Positions 19,616 to 29,813 of a stretch of 48,767 nt of DNA are shown one piece after another. The stretch comes from an uncultured Nitrospiraceae bacterium. Its GTDB lineage: Bacteria > Nitrospirota > Thermodesulfovibrionia > Thermodesulfovibrionales > Dissulfurispiraceae. The notes under the pieces were generated by a model. The model saw only the letters and a program-made list of their open reading frames with translations. It was not told the origin of the DNA and did not search any database. Numbering within the stretch: position 1 is the first letter of the stretch; every line of letters starts with the position of its first letter. The DNA is taken from the NCBI GenBank assembly GCA_947085205.1, contig CAMTVO010000015.1, forward strand, positions 1-48,767, in the 5' to 3' direction. A program made the position numbers and the translations under genes.

Positions 19616-19748
19616 GTTAATTAGTAATTAGTGCGACAGTGCGACATCAGTGCTACAGTTAATAGAGCGACAGAACGACAGTTTTTTATAAGGAATAAAT
19701 TTTCCATAATTTAACTGTCGCTCTGTCGCACTAATTAACTGTAGCACT
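19616..19748. repeat. Octamer-repeat (AGTGCGAC) long hairpin element
   Basis: About 35-bp near-perfect inverted repeat (19649-19683 / 19713-19748) plus extra units. Confidence 0.8.
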
Positions 19749-20549
19749 TTATATCCTGCAATATCCTGCATCGTAATTCTGCAGTTCTGTGATTGTAGGG
19801 TTTTCACCGCATACAGGGCATTCTTGATTCTTCGGCACCTTAACACGCCTGAAATTCACCTTCAACGCATCGTAAATCAATAGCGTATTCTTTAATATGT
19901 CTCCCTTGCCGAGTATGAGCTTCAAAACCTCTGTCGCCTGAAGCGCGCCTACTACGCCTGTTATTGCGCCGAGCACTCCTGCCTCCTGACATGACGGCAC
20001 AAGACCGGCAGGCGGCATTTCTTCGAATAGACATCTGTAGCAATGCCCTTCTCCAGGAAGGATTGTGGTAACCTGTCCCTCAAATCTCAATATAGCGCCG
20101 CTGACAAGGGGCTTTTTAAGCATCACGCAGGCATCGTTCACGAGGTATCGGGTCGGGAAATTGTCGCTGCCGTCAACCACGATGTCATAATCTTTTATAA
20201 AATTTAGGATATTATCTTTTGAAATCCGCTCTTTAATGCCTATCACATTGACATCAGGATTCAATGCCTCGAATGTATCCTTTGCAGAGTCAACCTTATA
20301 CATGCCGAGTTTTTTTGTATTGTGCGCTATTTGCCTCTGGAGATTGCTCAACTCAACAGTGTCGTTGTCTATCATTCCGATAGTTCCGACACCCGCAGCG
20401 GCAAGATAATATCCCACAGGGCATCCGAGTCCTCCCGCGCCAACGACAAACACCTTCGCATTAAGTATCTTCTTCTGCCCTTTTCCGCCAACCTCCGGCA
20501 ATATTATGTGACGGCTGTATCGCTGAAGCTGATCCTCTGTGAACTCCAT
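19749..20549 (-). CDS. moeB: MoeB/ThiF/HesA family adenylyltransferase
   Basis: RYSRHIIL, GAGGLG, SNLQRQ, DNFPTRY, CYRC, CQEAGVLG, CPVC. Confidence 0.92.
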   Translation of the reverse strand: MEFTEDQLQRYSRHIILPEVGGKGQKKILNAKVFVVGAGGLGCPVGYYLAAAGVGTIGMIDNDTVELSNLQRQIAHNTKKLGMYKVDSAKDTFEALNPDVNVIGIKERISKDNILNFIKDYDIVVDGSDNFPTRYLVNDACVMLKKPLVSGAILRFEGQVTTILPGEGHCYRCLFEEMPPAGLVPSCQEAGVLGAITGVVGALQATEVLKLILGKGDILKNTLLIYDALKVNFRRVKVPKNQECPVCGENPTITELQNYDAGYCRI

Positions 20550-20599
20550 TTTATCGCCTCCTAAACCTTCTTTTTGGTTCTATCATTACTCCATCATTT

Positions 20600-20845
20600 T
20601 CATTCCTTTTCTTTTCTTACAACTATTACCCAATCCGTATCGTTTATCTTGTCCACCTTCAAAACCTTATGCCCGTGATCTTCCATAGATTTTGGAATAC
20701 TCCTCGAAGCCTCTTCATAATCGAGGAGTATTTCGAGAACCTCTCCCACTTCCATGTCTTCAACGGCAATCTTTGATTTCACAAATGTATAAGGGCATAT
20801 AAGCCCCTTGATATTTATCTTTTTATCAACCTTAATCTCCTCCAT
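20600..20845 (-). CDS. TusA/SirA family sulfurtransferase
   Basis: IKGLICPYTFVK (CPx motif), GEVLEILLD. Confidence 0.9.
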   Translation of the reverse strand: MEEIKVDKKINIKGLICPYTFVKSKIAVEDMEVGEVLEILLDYEEASRSIPKSMEDHGHKVLKVDKINDTDWVIVVRKEKE

Positions 20846-20856
20846 CGTTACCTCCC

Positions 20857-22212
20857 TTATTCCTCTTTCCCTTCTACTCTTATAAACAATGTTTTATCAG
20901 AGACAACAGGCAGGTTGTCTATCTCACCTATTGCATTCAGGACATCCCTCTCCTTTGCCATGTGTGTGAGAACAACGAGAGGAACAGAGCCGCCTATCCT
21001 CCTGCCCTTCTGAATAACAGATGCAATGCTTATATTGTATTTGCCTAATATTCCTGAAATTTTTGAAAGCACGCCAGGCTTATCCAATGCAGAGAATCTG
21101 AAATAATACATGCTCTCGACATCTTCCATCTTTCTTATCTTTAATTCCGATTGCTGACTGCCGACTGCCGACTGCCGACTGCCGACTAATGACTGGCGAC
21201 TGATGACTTTCTTGCCTATATCCACAATGTCCGCTACAACTGCGCTCCCTGTCGGCATATCCCCTGCGCCTCTTCCGTAATACATTGTTGCGCCTACTGC
21301 ATCGCCTTCAACATAAACTGCATTGAATACGCCGTCAACCTTTGAAATAAGATATTCATTGGGTATCATTGTCGGATGCACCCTCATCTCTATCTCACCC
21401 CCCCTTTTCTCCCCCCCTTGATAAGGGGGGGATGGGGGGGTAAATTTTGTTATTGCAAGGAGCTTTATCTTGTATCCAAGCTCTGATGCGAACTCGATGT
21501 CCTGAGCAGTTATCTTTGTAATCCCTTCCTTATAAACCTCATTATATGAAAGCGGAATTCCATAAGCAAGCGATGCAAGGATTGTGAGCTTATGTGCAGT
21601 GTCTATTCCTTCAATATCAAATGTCGGGTCTGCCTCTGCATAGCCGAGCCTCTGAGCCTCTTTCAATGCGTCGGAAAACTCGACCTTTTCATCGGTCATC
21701 TTTGTGAGGATATAGTTTGACGTGCCGTTTATAATCCCGTAAACAGCAACTATATTATTGGCAACAAGTCCTTCCCTTAAGACCTTGATTATAGGGATTC
21801 CTCCGGCGACTGATCCCTCAAACCCAACCTCGACGCCGTTCTTCTCCGCTTCGCCGAATATCTCATTTCCTTCTGTTGCGAGAAGCGCCTTATTCGCCGT
21901 AACCACATGCTTTTTATTCCTTATAGCCTGAAGCATAAAATCCTTTGCAGGACGGATTCCGCCGATAAGCTCGACAACAATGTCTATTTCAGGGTCGTTG
22001 ATAACAGCATTGGCATCCGTAGTAAGCGCTCCTTCAGGGACTTTAATACCCCTGTCCTTTTTTATATCGAGGTCGGCAATCCTTTTAAGTATAAAATCGA
22101 CACCTGTCCTCTTTTTAATAAGACCGCTGTTTTCTAACAATATCCTTGCAGTGCCTGCGCCGACAGTGCCGAAGCCTATTATGCCGACAGAAACCTTATC
22201 TTTTGCCATCAT
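20857..22212 (-). CDS. hom: Homoserine dehydrogenase with C-terminal ACT domain (contains two repeat-derived insertions)
   Basis: GFGTVG, VVTANKA, VAGGIP, NGTSNYIL, GYAEADP, GRGAG..PTGSAV, DKPGVL. Confidence 0.95.
   Translation of the reverse strand: MMAKDKVSVGIIGFGTVGAGTARILLENSGLIKKRTGVDFILKRIADLDIKKDRGIKVPEGALTTDANAVINDPEIDIVVELIGGIRPAKDFMLQAIRNKKHVVTANKALLATEGNEIFGEAEKNGVEVGFEGSVAGGIPIIKVLREGLVANNIVAVYGIINGTSNYILTKMTDEKVEFSDALKEAQRLGYAEADPTFDIEGIDTAHKLTILASLAYGIPLSYNEVYKEGITKITAQDIEFASELGYKIKLLAITKFTPPSPPYQGGEKRGGEIEMRVHPTMIPNEYLISKVDGVFNAVYVEGDAVGATMYYGRGAGDMPTGSAVVADIVDIGKKVISRQSLVGSRQSAVGSQQSELKIRKMEDVESMYYFRFSALDKPGVLSKISGILGKYNISIASVIQKGRRIGGSVPLVVLTHMAKERDVLNAIGEIDNLPVVSDKTLFIRVEGKEE
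21149..21208. repeat. In-frame (GACTGCC)-type heptamer tandem array inside hom
   Basis: Eight heptamers plus a partial one, encoding VISRQSLVGSRQSAVGSQQS. Confidence 0.9.
21397..21441. repeat. In-frame 45-bp C/G-tract palindromic element inside hom
   Basis: ACCCCCCC..TCCCCCCCTT GAT AAGGGGGGGA..GGGGGGGT, encoding TPPSPPYQGGEKRGG. Confidence 0.88.
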
Positions 22213-23390
22213 TAGCCTCTATTGAGCACCTTTTTAATTCCTGCGACCGCCTGTTTTATCCTGTGCTCGTTCTCCACAAGGGCAAACCGCACATATTCAT
22301 CTCCGCCTTCACCAAAGCCTATACCAGGTGATACAGCTACCTTTGCCTCTGTAATTAAAAACTTGCAAAACTCAAGCGACCCCATCTTCTTAAAAGGTTC
22401 AGGTACTTCAGCCCAGACAAACATCGTCGCCTTCGGCGCCTCGATCTTCCATCCTGCATTATTCAATCCCTTTATCAATACATTCCTGCGTGATTCGTAG
22501 ATTTTTCTGTACTCCTCAACGCAGTCCTGAGACCCTCTCAGGGCTACAATGCTCGCAATCTGTATCGGCTGAAACATCCCGTAGTCGAGATAGCTCTTTA
22601 TCTTGATCAGAGCGCCGACCACTTCCTTATTGCCGCAGCAGAAACCCACCCTCCAACCTGCCATAGAATAGCTCTTTGTCAGAGAGAAAAACTCCACGCC
22701 GACATCCTTTGCGCCAGGCGCCTGCAAAAAGCTCGGCGCCTTATAATCATCGAAAGTAAGGTCGGCATATGCAAGGTCATGAATGACGATGATGTTATTT
22801 TCCTTTGCAAAATCCACCACCTTTTTAAAGAAGTCTAGCCCTTCAACCACAAGTGTTGTAGGATTGTGCGGAAAATTGATAATCAACATCTTGGGTCTGG
22901 GCCATGTCTTTTTAAATGTCTTCTCCATTTCTTCAAAGAAATCCATTCCAGGACATATCGGAATGCTGCTAACCTCGCCGCCGGCAATGATTACGCTGTA
23001 AGGATGTATCGGATAAGCCGGGGTCGGAGTCATAACAACATCACCGGGCTGGACAGTAGCAAGCGCAAGATGCGAAAGCCCTTCCTTTGAGCCTATCGTA
23101 ACAACAGTCTCTGCTTCAGGGTCTAAATCCACATCGTACCTTCTTTTATACCATTCGGTAATTGCTACCCTCAACTGGGTTATTCCCTTTGATGCAGAAT
23201 ACCTGTGGTTCTTTGGATTCTGCGCAGCCTCGCATAGCTTGTCGATAACATGCTTTGGAGCAGGCATGTCCGGATTTCCCATGCCAAGGTCAATAATATC
23301 TTCGCCCTTTCTCCTGTACTCCATCTTTAAAGTATTTACGATGGCAAAGACATAAGGCGGCAGCCTCTTAATTCTGTTAAATTCAAACAT
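22212..23390 (-). CDS. alaC: Class I/II PLP aminotransferase, AlaC (YfdZ)-like
   Basis: [46 protein letters not shown]. Confidence 0.85.
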   Translation of the reverse strand: MFEFNRIKRLPPYVFAIVNTLKMEYRRKGEDIIDLGMGNPDMPAPKHVIDKLCEAAQNPKNHRYSASKGITQLRVAITEWYKRRYDVDLDPEAETVVTIGSKEGLSHLALATVQPGDVVMTPTPAYPIHPYSVIIAGGEVSSIPICPGMDFFEEMEKTFKKTWPRPKMLIINFPHNPTTLVVEGLDFFKKVVDFAKENNIIVIHDLAYADLTFDDYKAPSFLQAPGAKDVGVEFFSLTKSYSMAGWRVGFCCGNKEVVGALIKIKSYLDYGMFQPIQIASIVALRGSQDCVEEYRKIYESRRNVLIKGLNNAGWKIEAPKATMFVWAEVPEPFKKMGSLEFCKFLITEAKVAVSPGIGFGEGGDEYVRFALVENEHRIKQAVAGIKKVLNRG

Positions 23391-24228
23391 CATTCCTCCT
23401 ATACATTTCTTCTGCATTCATCGAGCTTCTAACCAATGGTCCGGAGGCGACGAATTCAAACCCAAATTCATAGGCCAATTCCTTAATCTCATCAAACATC
23501 TCCGGTTTTATGTATTCTACAACAGGCAGATTCTTTTTTGAAGGTCTCAGATACTGCCCGACAGTCAAAAAATCACACCCCGTCCCTTTTAAATCCTTGA
23601 GCAAATTTATAACTTCATTCATAGTCTCGCCGAGACCGAGCATCAGGCCCGATTTTATCTTAATCTCAGGCGCTATTTTTTTTGCATTTCTCAGGACATT
23701 GAGCGAGCATTCGTAATCAGCCTGCGGTCTGACTTTATAATAAAGCCTCTTTACTGTCTCCATATTGTGATTAAACACATCAGGCATTGCCTCAAGGACA
23801 ATTCTCAGAGGATCGGTATTGCCTTTAAAATCAGGTGTAAGCACCTCAATCTTTGCAAACGGAAGCCTGTTCTTTACGGCCTTTATAGTCTCTATAAACT
23901 GTAATGCCCCGCCGTCAGGCAGATCATCCCTTGTAACTGATGTGATAACCACATACTTTAATTCCATCTCCTCTGCTGCATCTGCAACCCTTTCCGGCTC
24001 TTCAATATCAATATACGCCGGCATTCCCGATTTTACAGAGCAAAAGCCACAACCTCTTGTGCATATATCTCCCAATATCATGAATGTGGCAGTAGGCTTT
24101 GAAAAACAATGCCCCTTGTTCGGACACCTCGCCTCTTCGCAGACCGTCGAAAGCCCGTGGTTCCTCAAGAGGCTCTTTGTGTTATGAAGCCCTGATGCCT
24201 TTGTCTTAATCCATTCAGGCAATCGCAT
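23383..24228 (-). CDS. lipA: Lipoyl synthase
   Basis: [34 protein letters not shown]. Confidence 0.95.
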   Translation of the reverse strand: MRLPEWIKTKASGLHNTKSLLRNHGLSTVCEEARCPNKGHCFSKPTATFMILGDICTRGCGFCSVKSGMPAYIDIEEPERVADAAEEMELKYVVITSVTRDDLPDGGALQFIETIKAVKNRLPFAKIEVLTPDFKGNTDPLRIVLEAMPDVFNHNMETVKRLYYKVRPQADYECSLNVLRNAKKIAPEIKIKSGLMLGLGETMNEVINLLKDLKGTGCDFLTVGQYLRPSKKNLPVVEYIKPEMFDEIKELAYEFGFEFVASGPLVRSSMNAEEMYRRNDV

Positions 24229-24320
24229 AATTTATTACGATACAAGAAAAGGTAGGGAATATACAAGAATAGAGTATTGGCGTTATGAGGTATTTTCGGA
24301 ATAATATTTAAGAGGTATTG

Positions 24321-24342
24321 AAAGGGCCCACTAAAGGGCCCT
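24321..24342 (-). terminator. Intrinsic terminator of the cold-shock gene
   Basis: AGGGCCC-loop-GGGCCCT-TT just after the stop codon. Confidence 0.6.
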
Positions 24343-24348
24343 GATTGG

Positions 24349-24552
24349 TTAGATTTTTACTACGTTTGTAGCCTTTGGTCCGCGATCGCCTTCGACTATA
24401 TCAAACTGAACTCTCTGACCTTCGGCTAATGTCTTGAAGCCATTACCTGCCATTGATGAGTAATGAACAAAGACATCCGGTCCGTTATCCTGCTGGATAA
24501 AACCAAAACCCTTGGACTCGTTGAACCACTTAACCTTTCCTTCAAAAGCCAT
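24349..24552 (-). CDS. cspA: Cold-shock protein
   Basis: [22 protein letters not shown]. Confidence 0.95.
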   Translation of the reverse strand: MAFEGKVKWFNESKGFGFIQQDNGPDVFVHYSSMAGNGFKTLAEGQRVQFDIVEGDRGPKATNVVKI

Positions 24553-24682
24553 ACTACTGCAACCTCCTTTTTTTACCCTGAATTAAATTCAGGGCTTGCT
24601 GAATCCCACGACAAAGCATAGGGATTTCATTTTATAACATGCAGCAATTCTAAATGTCAAAGAAAAAAACACTGCTATCCTA

Positions 24683-25471
24683 TTACTCCAACACTCCATA
24701 TTTTTTGGCCTCATCCCATAACTCATCCATCTCTTCGAGTGTCATGTCAGACAAGCTTTTGCCTGCATCTGCCGCCTTCATCTCTATATAGCGAAAGCGA
24801 GAAATGAATTTGCTGATGGTCTTTCTCAAGGCATCTTCAGGATTTACGCCTACAAAGCGTGAAATATTCACAAGCACAAAGAATACATCTCCAAGCTCAT
24901 CCTCTATCTCTTTCTGGCTCTTGCTTTTAAGTGCTGCGTTGAACTCTTTCAATTCCTCATCGAGTTTTTCCATGACATCTTCCGCCCTCTTCCAGTCGAA
25001 TCCAACCTTTGCAGCCCTCGCCTGAAGCCTCTGCGCCCTGAGAAGCGATGGAAGTTCCTTTGGAATGCCTTCAAACATTGATTCCCTGAGCTTTCCTTCT
25101 TCTTTCTTCCTCTCTTCCCACTGCTTTAAAACTTCTTCTGAGGTCTCGAATTTCGGTTTGTTAGAGTCTTTGGCAAATACATGCGGATGCCTTGCTATCA
25201 TCTTATCGCTGATTTTCTTTATCACATCATCCATGTCAAACTCGCCCCGCTCCTTTGCCATCTGGCAGTGAAACACAATCTGGAACAAGAGGTCTCCAAG
25301 CTCTTCTTTTATCTTCTCGGGGTCTCCTTCATCGAGGGCCTCAAGAACTTCATATGTCTCTTCTATGAGAAATGGCTTGAGCGATTCCCTTGTCTGCTCC
25401 TTGTCCCACGGACATCCATTCTCAGAGCGGAGTGATGCCATTATGTCCAGTAATTTTTTGAAATCGCTCAT
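24683..25471 (-). CDS. mazG: Nucleoside triphosphate pyrophosphohydrolase MazG
   Basis: GCPWDKEQT, EELGDLL, RHPHVF, GFDW. Confidence 0.95.
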   Translation of the reverse strand: MSDFKKLLDIMASLRSENGCPWDKEQTRESLKPFLIEETYEVLEALDEGDPEKIKEELGDLLFQIVFHCQMAKERGEFDMDDVIKKISDKMIARHPHVFAKDSNKPKFETSEEVLKQWEERKKEEGKLRESMFEGIPKELPSLLRAQRLQARAAKVGFDWKRAEDVMEKLDEELKEFNAALKSKSQKEIEDELGDVFFVLVNISRFVGVNPEDALRKTISKFISRFRYIEMKAADAGKSLSDMTLEEMDELWDEAKKYGVLE

Positions 25472-25514
25472 ACAGATAGCTTACACAAAAGTGCCATAAA
25501 ATCTCATGTCTGAT

Positions 25515-25925
25515 CACTACTGTCCCAACGTTGAAATATGAGGACATTATAACACAATGAAAAACCATAGTTTTAATGACATTTCAGGATTTTTCGATTT
25601 GAAATCAGGAATTCTTTATAGCCATACTCCTTTAGCAAAACAAAAGGAGTTTCTCGCAGTACACTGGCAAATGCCAATCAAGTGCGAGACTGGAGAATAT
25701 ATGCTGATTTCGCACAAGTGCTTATTAAAACAGCAAGGCGTTTGTATATAGCTAAGAAACAACTGGAATTGGAGCAGAGCCTCTACACAATTCTACAGAT
25801 TTTGAGCATAACACTTTTTGAGAAAACCTTACTCTCACAAGCATTTGCGAAGAATAATTACATAAAAGAATATGATGACGATTATAACCAATTGTATTTA
25901 TTGGATTAACGTTGGGACAGCAGTG
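25515..25925 (+). mobile_element. Internally deleted IS4-family (DUF4372-type) element, MITE-like, 411 bp
   Basis: 18-bp TIRs CACTACTGTCCCAACGTT / AACGTTGGGACAGCAGTG; inside, the transposase fragments VSRSTLANANQVRDWRIYADFAQVLI and SLYTILQILSITLFEK are fused. Confidence 0.85.
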
Positions 25926-26027
25926 ATATTTTTTAGTAAATCCTTCAACTAATTCTTCCTTATGTTCATACACTCTTCGTTTCAGATCGCCTGTAATACC
26001 AGTATAAAGAACAGTATTGTTTCTCCA
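25926..26027 (-). pseudogene. GIY-YIG nuclease fragment
   Basis: NNTVLYTGITGDLKRRVYEHKEELVEGFTKKY, ending exactly at the IS4 TIR. Confidence 0.8.
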
Positions 26028-26030
26028 TAA

Positions 26031-26098
26031 AGATTGCGGAGCCTGTTCCGAACCTGTTTTGAGATTGCTTCGTCTCACTTCGTGAGTCTCGCAATGAC
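26031..26098. repeat. REP-like element GAGATTGCTTCG...CTCGCAATGAC
   Basis: Imperfect palindrome directly adjacent to the GIY-YIG fragment. Confidence 0.7.
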
Positions 26099-26104
26099 AG
26101 AATT

Positions 26105-26578
26105 TTACTTTTTCACATGACTTCCCTTAAACCTGCTCAGTCACATGATATAGATCTTCTCTTCATTTATAATCTCATCAACAATATCTTTTTCCTTAAT
26201 TATATTTCTTATCTCATGAAAATAAAGAAGTGTCTCTCTTTCAAAACCCATGGCAAAATTAACTGCATCGCCAATTGATTTTACATGCTCAAGGGAAGGC
26301 AGAGATTTGTTTTTACCACGGAAGAACTCCGATTCAACAATAGCCCTGAGATACCGGGATACATCTTCCCATCCTTCCGGTTCTTCATTGCCTGTTATCT
26401 CCTTCAGTTCCGAAAAGGTCTTCTTATGCCTCAGTTCCTTCTGCGCAAGTGTCTCAAAGAGGTTTTTAAATGCATCTTCTTTTTCAAACTTTTTTGCCAT
26501 TGAAGAGTAAAACTGATAACCAAGCCTTTCTGTCTGAACAGCCTGCTCCATAACCTCACTTACAGAAAACTTTTCCAT
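26105..26578 (-). pseudogene. Rubrerythrin/ferritin-like protein with a premature TGA near the C-terminus
   Basis: E..G..FY, LAQKELRH, AMGFE, IINEEK motifs; the frame reads IM*LSRFKGSHVKK*, with TGA where Trp is expected. Confidence 0.65.
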
Positions 26579-26667
26579 AACATCTCCTTACGTTATAATC
26601 GTTAGTGAATAATTAAGAGTTTAGATTATATTTTTGATGTCGTCAATAGTAGTAACAACAATAACAC

Positions 26668-29016
26668 TCACTGTTTTATGTCTTTATCCAACAGTCCCCT
26701 CACCTTTTTTAAAAGTTCAGTAGGTGAAATAGGCTTTATAATAAAACTCAACTCTGGTTTTTTAGTTATATCTGCAATGCCTTTTTTGTTTATAAAATCT
26801 GCCGGATAACCGCTTGAAAAGAGCACTTTCATCTCAGGCTTTATCTTTTTTATTATCTCACAAGCCTCTTCACCGCTCAGCTTAGGCATTATCATATCAA
26901 GAAAAACAACTTCAATTCTATCTTTATTATCCATGAATTTATTTATCGCATCTTCTCCATCAACAGCCTCTATGACCTGATATCCGAATTCCTCAAGAAT
27001 CTCCTTAACAAGCTTTCTGACTACTTCTTCATCTTCCGCCACAAGCACCGTTTCTGTTCCGGCCAGCGCCGACTTTGTTCTGCTCGCATCAGAACCTGAA
27101 ATATCCGCAATCCGCATCCCTGAATTAACAGCGGCTATAGGCAGATATACCTTAAATGTTGTGCCTTTGCCTGGTTCACTGTAGCAATTGATGTATCCAT
27201 TATGCTATTTGATTATTCCGTATACTATTGAAAGCCCCAGTCCCGTGTGATGGAGCAAACCCCTTGTGGTAAAGAATGGCTCGAATATCCTGCTCTTTGT
27301 CTCTTCATTCATGCCCTCCCCTGTGTCGCTTATTCTGATTACAGCATATTTGCCGAGTTTCTGCAATGCATGTTCCGGTTTAATAAGCTCCTTGTTGAAG
27401 GTTTCTATTTGCAATTTGCCACCATCAGGCATGGCATCCCTTGCATTTATGCATATATTCAAAATGGCCTGCTGGATTTGATTTTTATCGGCTTTTATCA
27501 TCCATAGGTCTTTTTGCAAATCGGTCTGTATTGAGATTGATCCTGGGAATGCGGCTGATATTATTTGAAGGATGTCATTAATAACATCATTTATATTTAC
27601 TTCAGTCACCTGATATTCTGCCTTTTTTGAAAACAACATAAGGTGTTTTATAAGCTCGGATGCCCTGTTTGCAGAGTTCTCAATGGTGTCTATATATTTC
27701 AAGATATCTGTTTTTCTCTGGTGTTCTATTGAAGTCAGTTCCATACGCAGCATACCAGAGTATCCCAGCACGCCGACAAGGATGTTGTTGAAATTATGCG
27801 AGAATCCTGTTACAAGGGTGGCTATTGACCGAAGCCTCTGGGTCTCCGCAAAGTGTTTTTCGAGGTGTTCTTTTTCTGTAACATCAATGCCTATGGCGAT
27901 GACATATTTAACCTCGCTATTTTCATCGGTAATGACTGCATTGTTTGTGAGCATGATTCTCTCTTTTCCATCTTTTGTTAATACTGCAATCTTAAAGGTA
28001 CTGGGAGTTTTATTTACCAACATCTCCTCAAACATGTTTTTTGCCATATGGGCAGAGTCCGGTGGCATGATGTCCCATACATACCTTCCTTTTACCTCTT
28101 CCTCTCTGTATCCGCGCATATCTTCCCATGCCCTGTTGACCCTGACAATCTTCCCTTCTCTGTCAAGCACAACTATTGTTGCTCCGATGGTGGACAAAAG
28201 CTTATCTATGAAGTCTTTCTCATGCTGCAGTTCCGTGAGGGCATTGTTTAGCCTCTCTGTCCGCAGGTTTATGATATGTTCGAGATTTTTTGTGTAATTT
28301 TCTATTTCTGCTCTTGATGACTTTAGACTTTCCACCATGTGATTAAAGTTCTCAGCAAGGATTCCCAATTCATCCTTTGATTTTACGGGGACTGATACAG
28401 AAAGGTCGCCTTCTGCAACCTTATTTGATGCATCTGCAACGGCTTTTAATGGCTCTGTTAATCTTCTCGAAAGGACAATACCGATTGCGATAAGGACAAC
28501 CGTGATGATGCCTGTCAGAGTCATGAAGAAGTTTCGCCGCTTTGCAAAATATTCCTTAAGATAATTGGTGTCATATTCCATATACAAAAATCCGATTATT
28601 TCTTTGCCTCTTATAACAGGCTCGAAATGTCCAAATATAAAACCGTCCCACAGATGGTGCATGGATTTTGACTGTATCGCACTTTTTATCTTTTTGTCGG
28701 ATGGCAGTTCCCTTTTTATGCCTTTTTTGTCAACAATCAGATAGCCCTGCTTATCGTAAACTCTGATGTCAGATAGATTTTTAAGTGTGGATGTGTAATC
28801 TACGATATGATGATGCATTATCTGGAGTTCGTTTTTAAGGATATGATGAGCAAAATGCACTGTCTCGACTTTTGATAGCGCCATGACCTGTTCTTCAATA
28901 TGCTTACGTTCGTCTTTTATGTAATGGTCTCTAAAAACGATGTTTAAAGTTGCACTCGCGATGAGGACAATCGCGATTATCAGAAGGCTGATTTTGCATG
29001 TAAGATTAAGTTTCAT
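26668..29016 (-). pseudogene. Hybrid sensor kinase (TM-HAMP-PAS-HisKA-HATPase-REC) interrupted by a single TAG
   Basis: ORFs 27205..29016 and 26668..27117 are in frame across [26 protein letters not shown] (TAG at 27205-27207, consensus Q). Confidence 0.85.
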
Positions 29017-29251
29017 ATGCAGACCTTCTATCGTAACTATTTGATTTATAATATTTTTTTGGGGGAGGGGGTAGTTATATGATTATTATTTCTTTCCATC
29101 TGCAAGTATATATCTTTACAATTATCCAAATTTTATCATAAAAATTTACTCTGGTGTATTTTTATTTATATTTGCAGACTGCCCAATAAACTTACCGTGA
29201 GATGCGAATTTTTTATATGATTTAAATCATATTATTATATTTATGAGTCTG

Positions 29252-29773
29252 CTAAACGACTTTTAGTTGTTTTTTGAGTTCATCGACCTCTCTTTTTAAG
29301 GCGTTAATTCTTTCCATAGAGTCATGCTGAATGCCTGCTATCATCTCGGAGCTTATCTTTTCTATCTCTTTTTCGCGGGTCTTTATATGGCTGAGGATAT
29401 CATGGTCGCGCATCATTCTTTGAAATCTGGCAGTGAACTCTGCAATCGAAAACGGTTTGTTGATGAAATCGGTAGCGCCTGCATTTATGGACTCATCATA
29501 GTAATGCTCGTCGGTGAACCCTGTTATTACCATGACGGGAAGGGAGGGGTTCTGTCTCAATAGTTCTCTGGTAAGGGCAATGCCATCCATATTGGGCATG
29601 ACAATATCGGTAATTACAGCATCGAACTTTTCTTTACTGGCCTTATCCAGCGCTTCATCGCCGTCGCATGCTGTTACACATGCATGGCCTTTTGAGGATA
29701 ATATAGATGAAATAAGGTTCCTTGTCATAGGCTCATCATCAACAATAAGAATTCTGTATCTTTCCTGAGGCAT
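29252..29773 (-). CDS. Response regulator (REC domain plus coiled-coil tail)
   Basis: ILIVDDE, ITDIVMPNMDG, FINKPF; the ORF-track N-terminus overlaps the IS481 end, so the start is moved to 29773 (or 29788). Confidence 0.85.
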   Translation of the reverse strand: MPQERYRILIVDDEPMTRNLISSILSSKGHACVTACDGDEALDKASKEKFDAVITDIVMPNMDGIALTRELLRQNPSLPVMVITGFTDEHYYDESINAGATDFINKPFSIAEFTARFQRMMRDHDILSHIKTREKEIEKISSEMIAGIQHDSMERINALKREVDELKKQLKVV

Positions 29774-29813
29774 ATTAAATTTTATCATAAATACAGTGCA
29801 TTTTGCTAAACCT

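Noticed and set aside
24576..24594. Perfect palindrome in the cspA 5' region as a novel element
   Set aside because: A structured 5' UTR is normal for cold-shock genes and there is no second exact copy here.
26141..26143. In-frame TGA as selenocysteine or genetic code 4/25
   Set aside because: Trp is expected rather than Cys, I see no clear SECIS, and TGA terminates many intact genes in the window.
27205..27207. In-frame TAG as pyrrolysine or amber recoding
   Set aside because: The position is a consensus Gln (CAG to TAG is one transition), there are no pyl genes in the window, and TAG is a normal stop in other genes here.
29053..29072. T8/G-run upstream of the hybrid kinase as a phase-variation tract
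   Set aside because: The G-run is interrupted and short, and the downstream gene is already a pseudogene.
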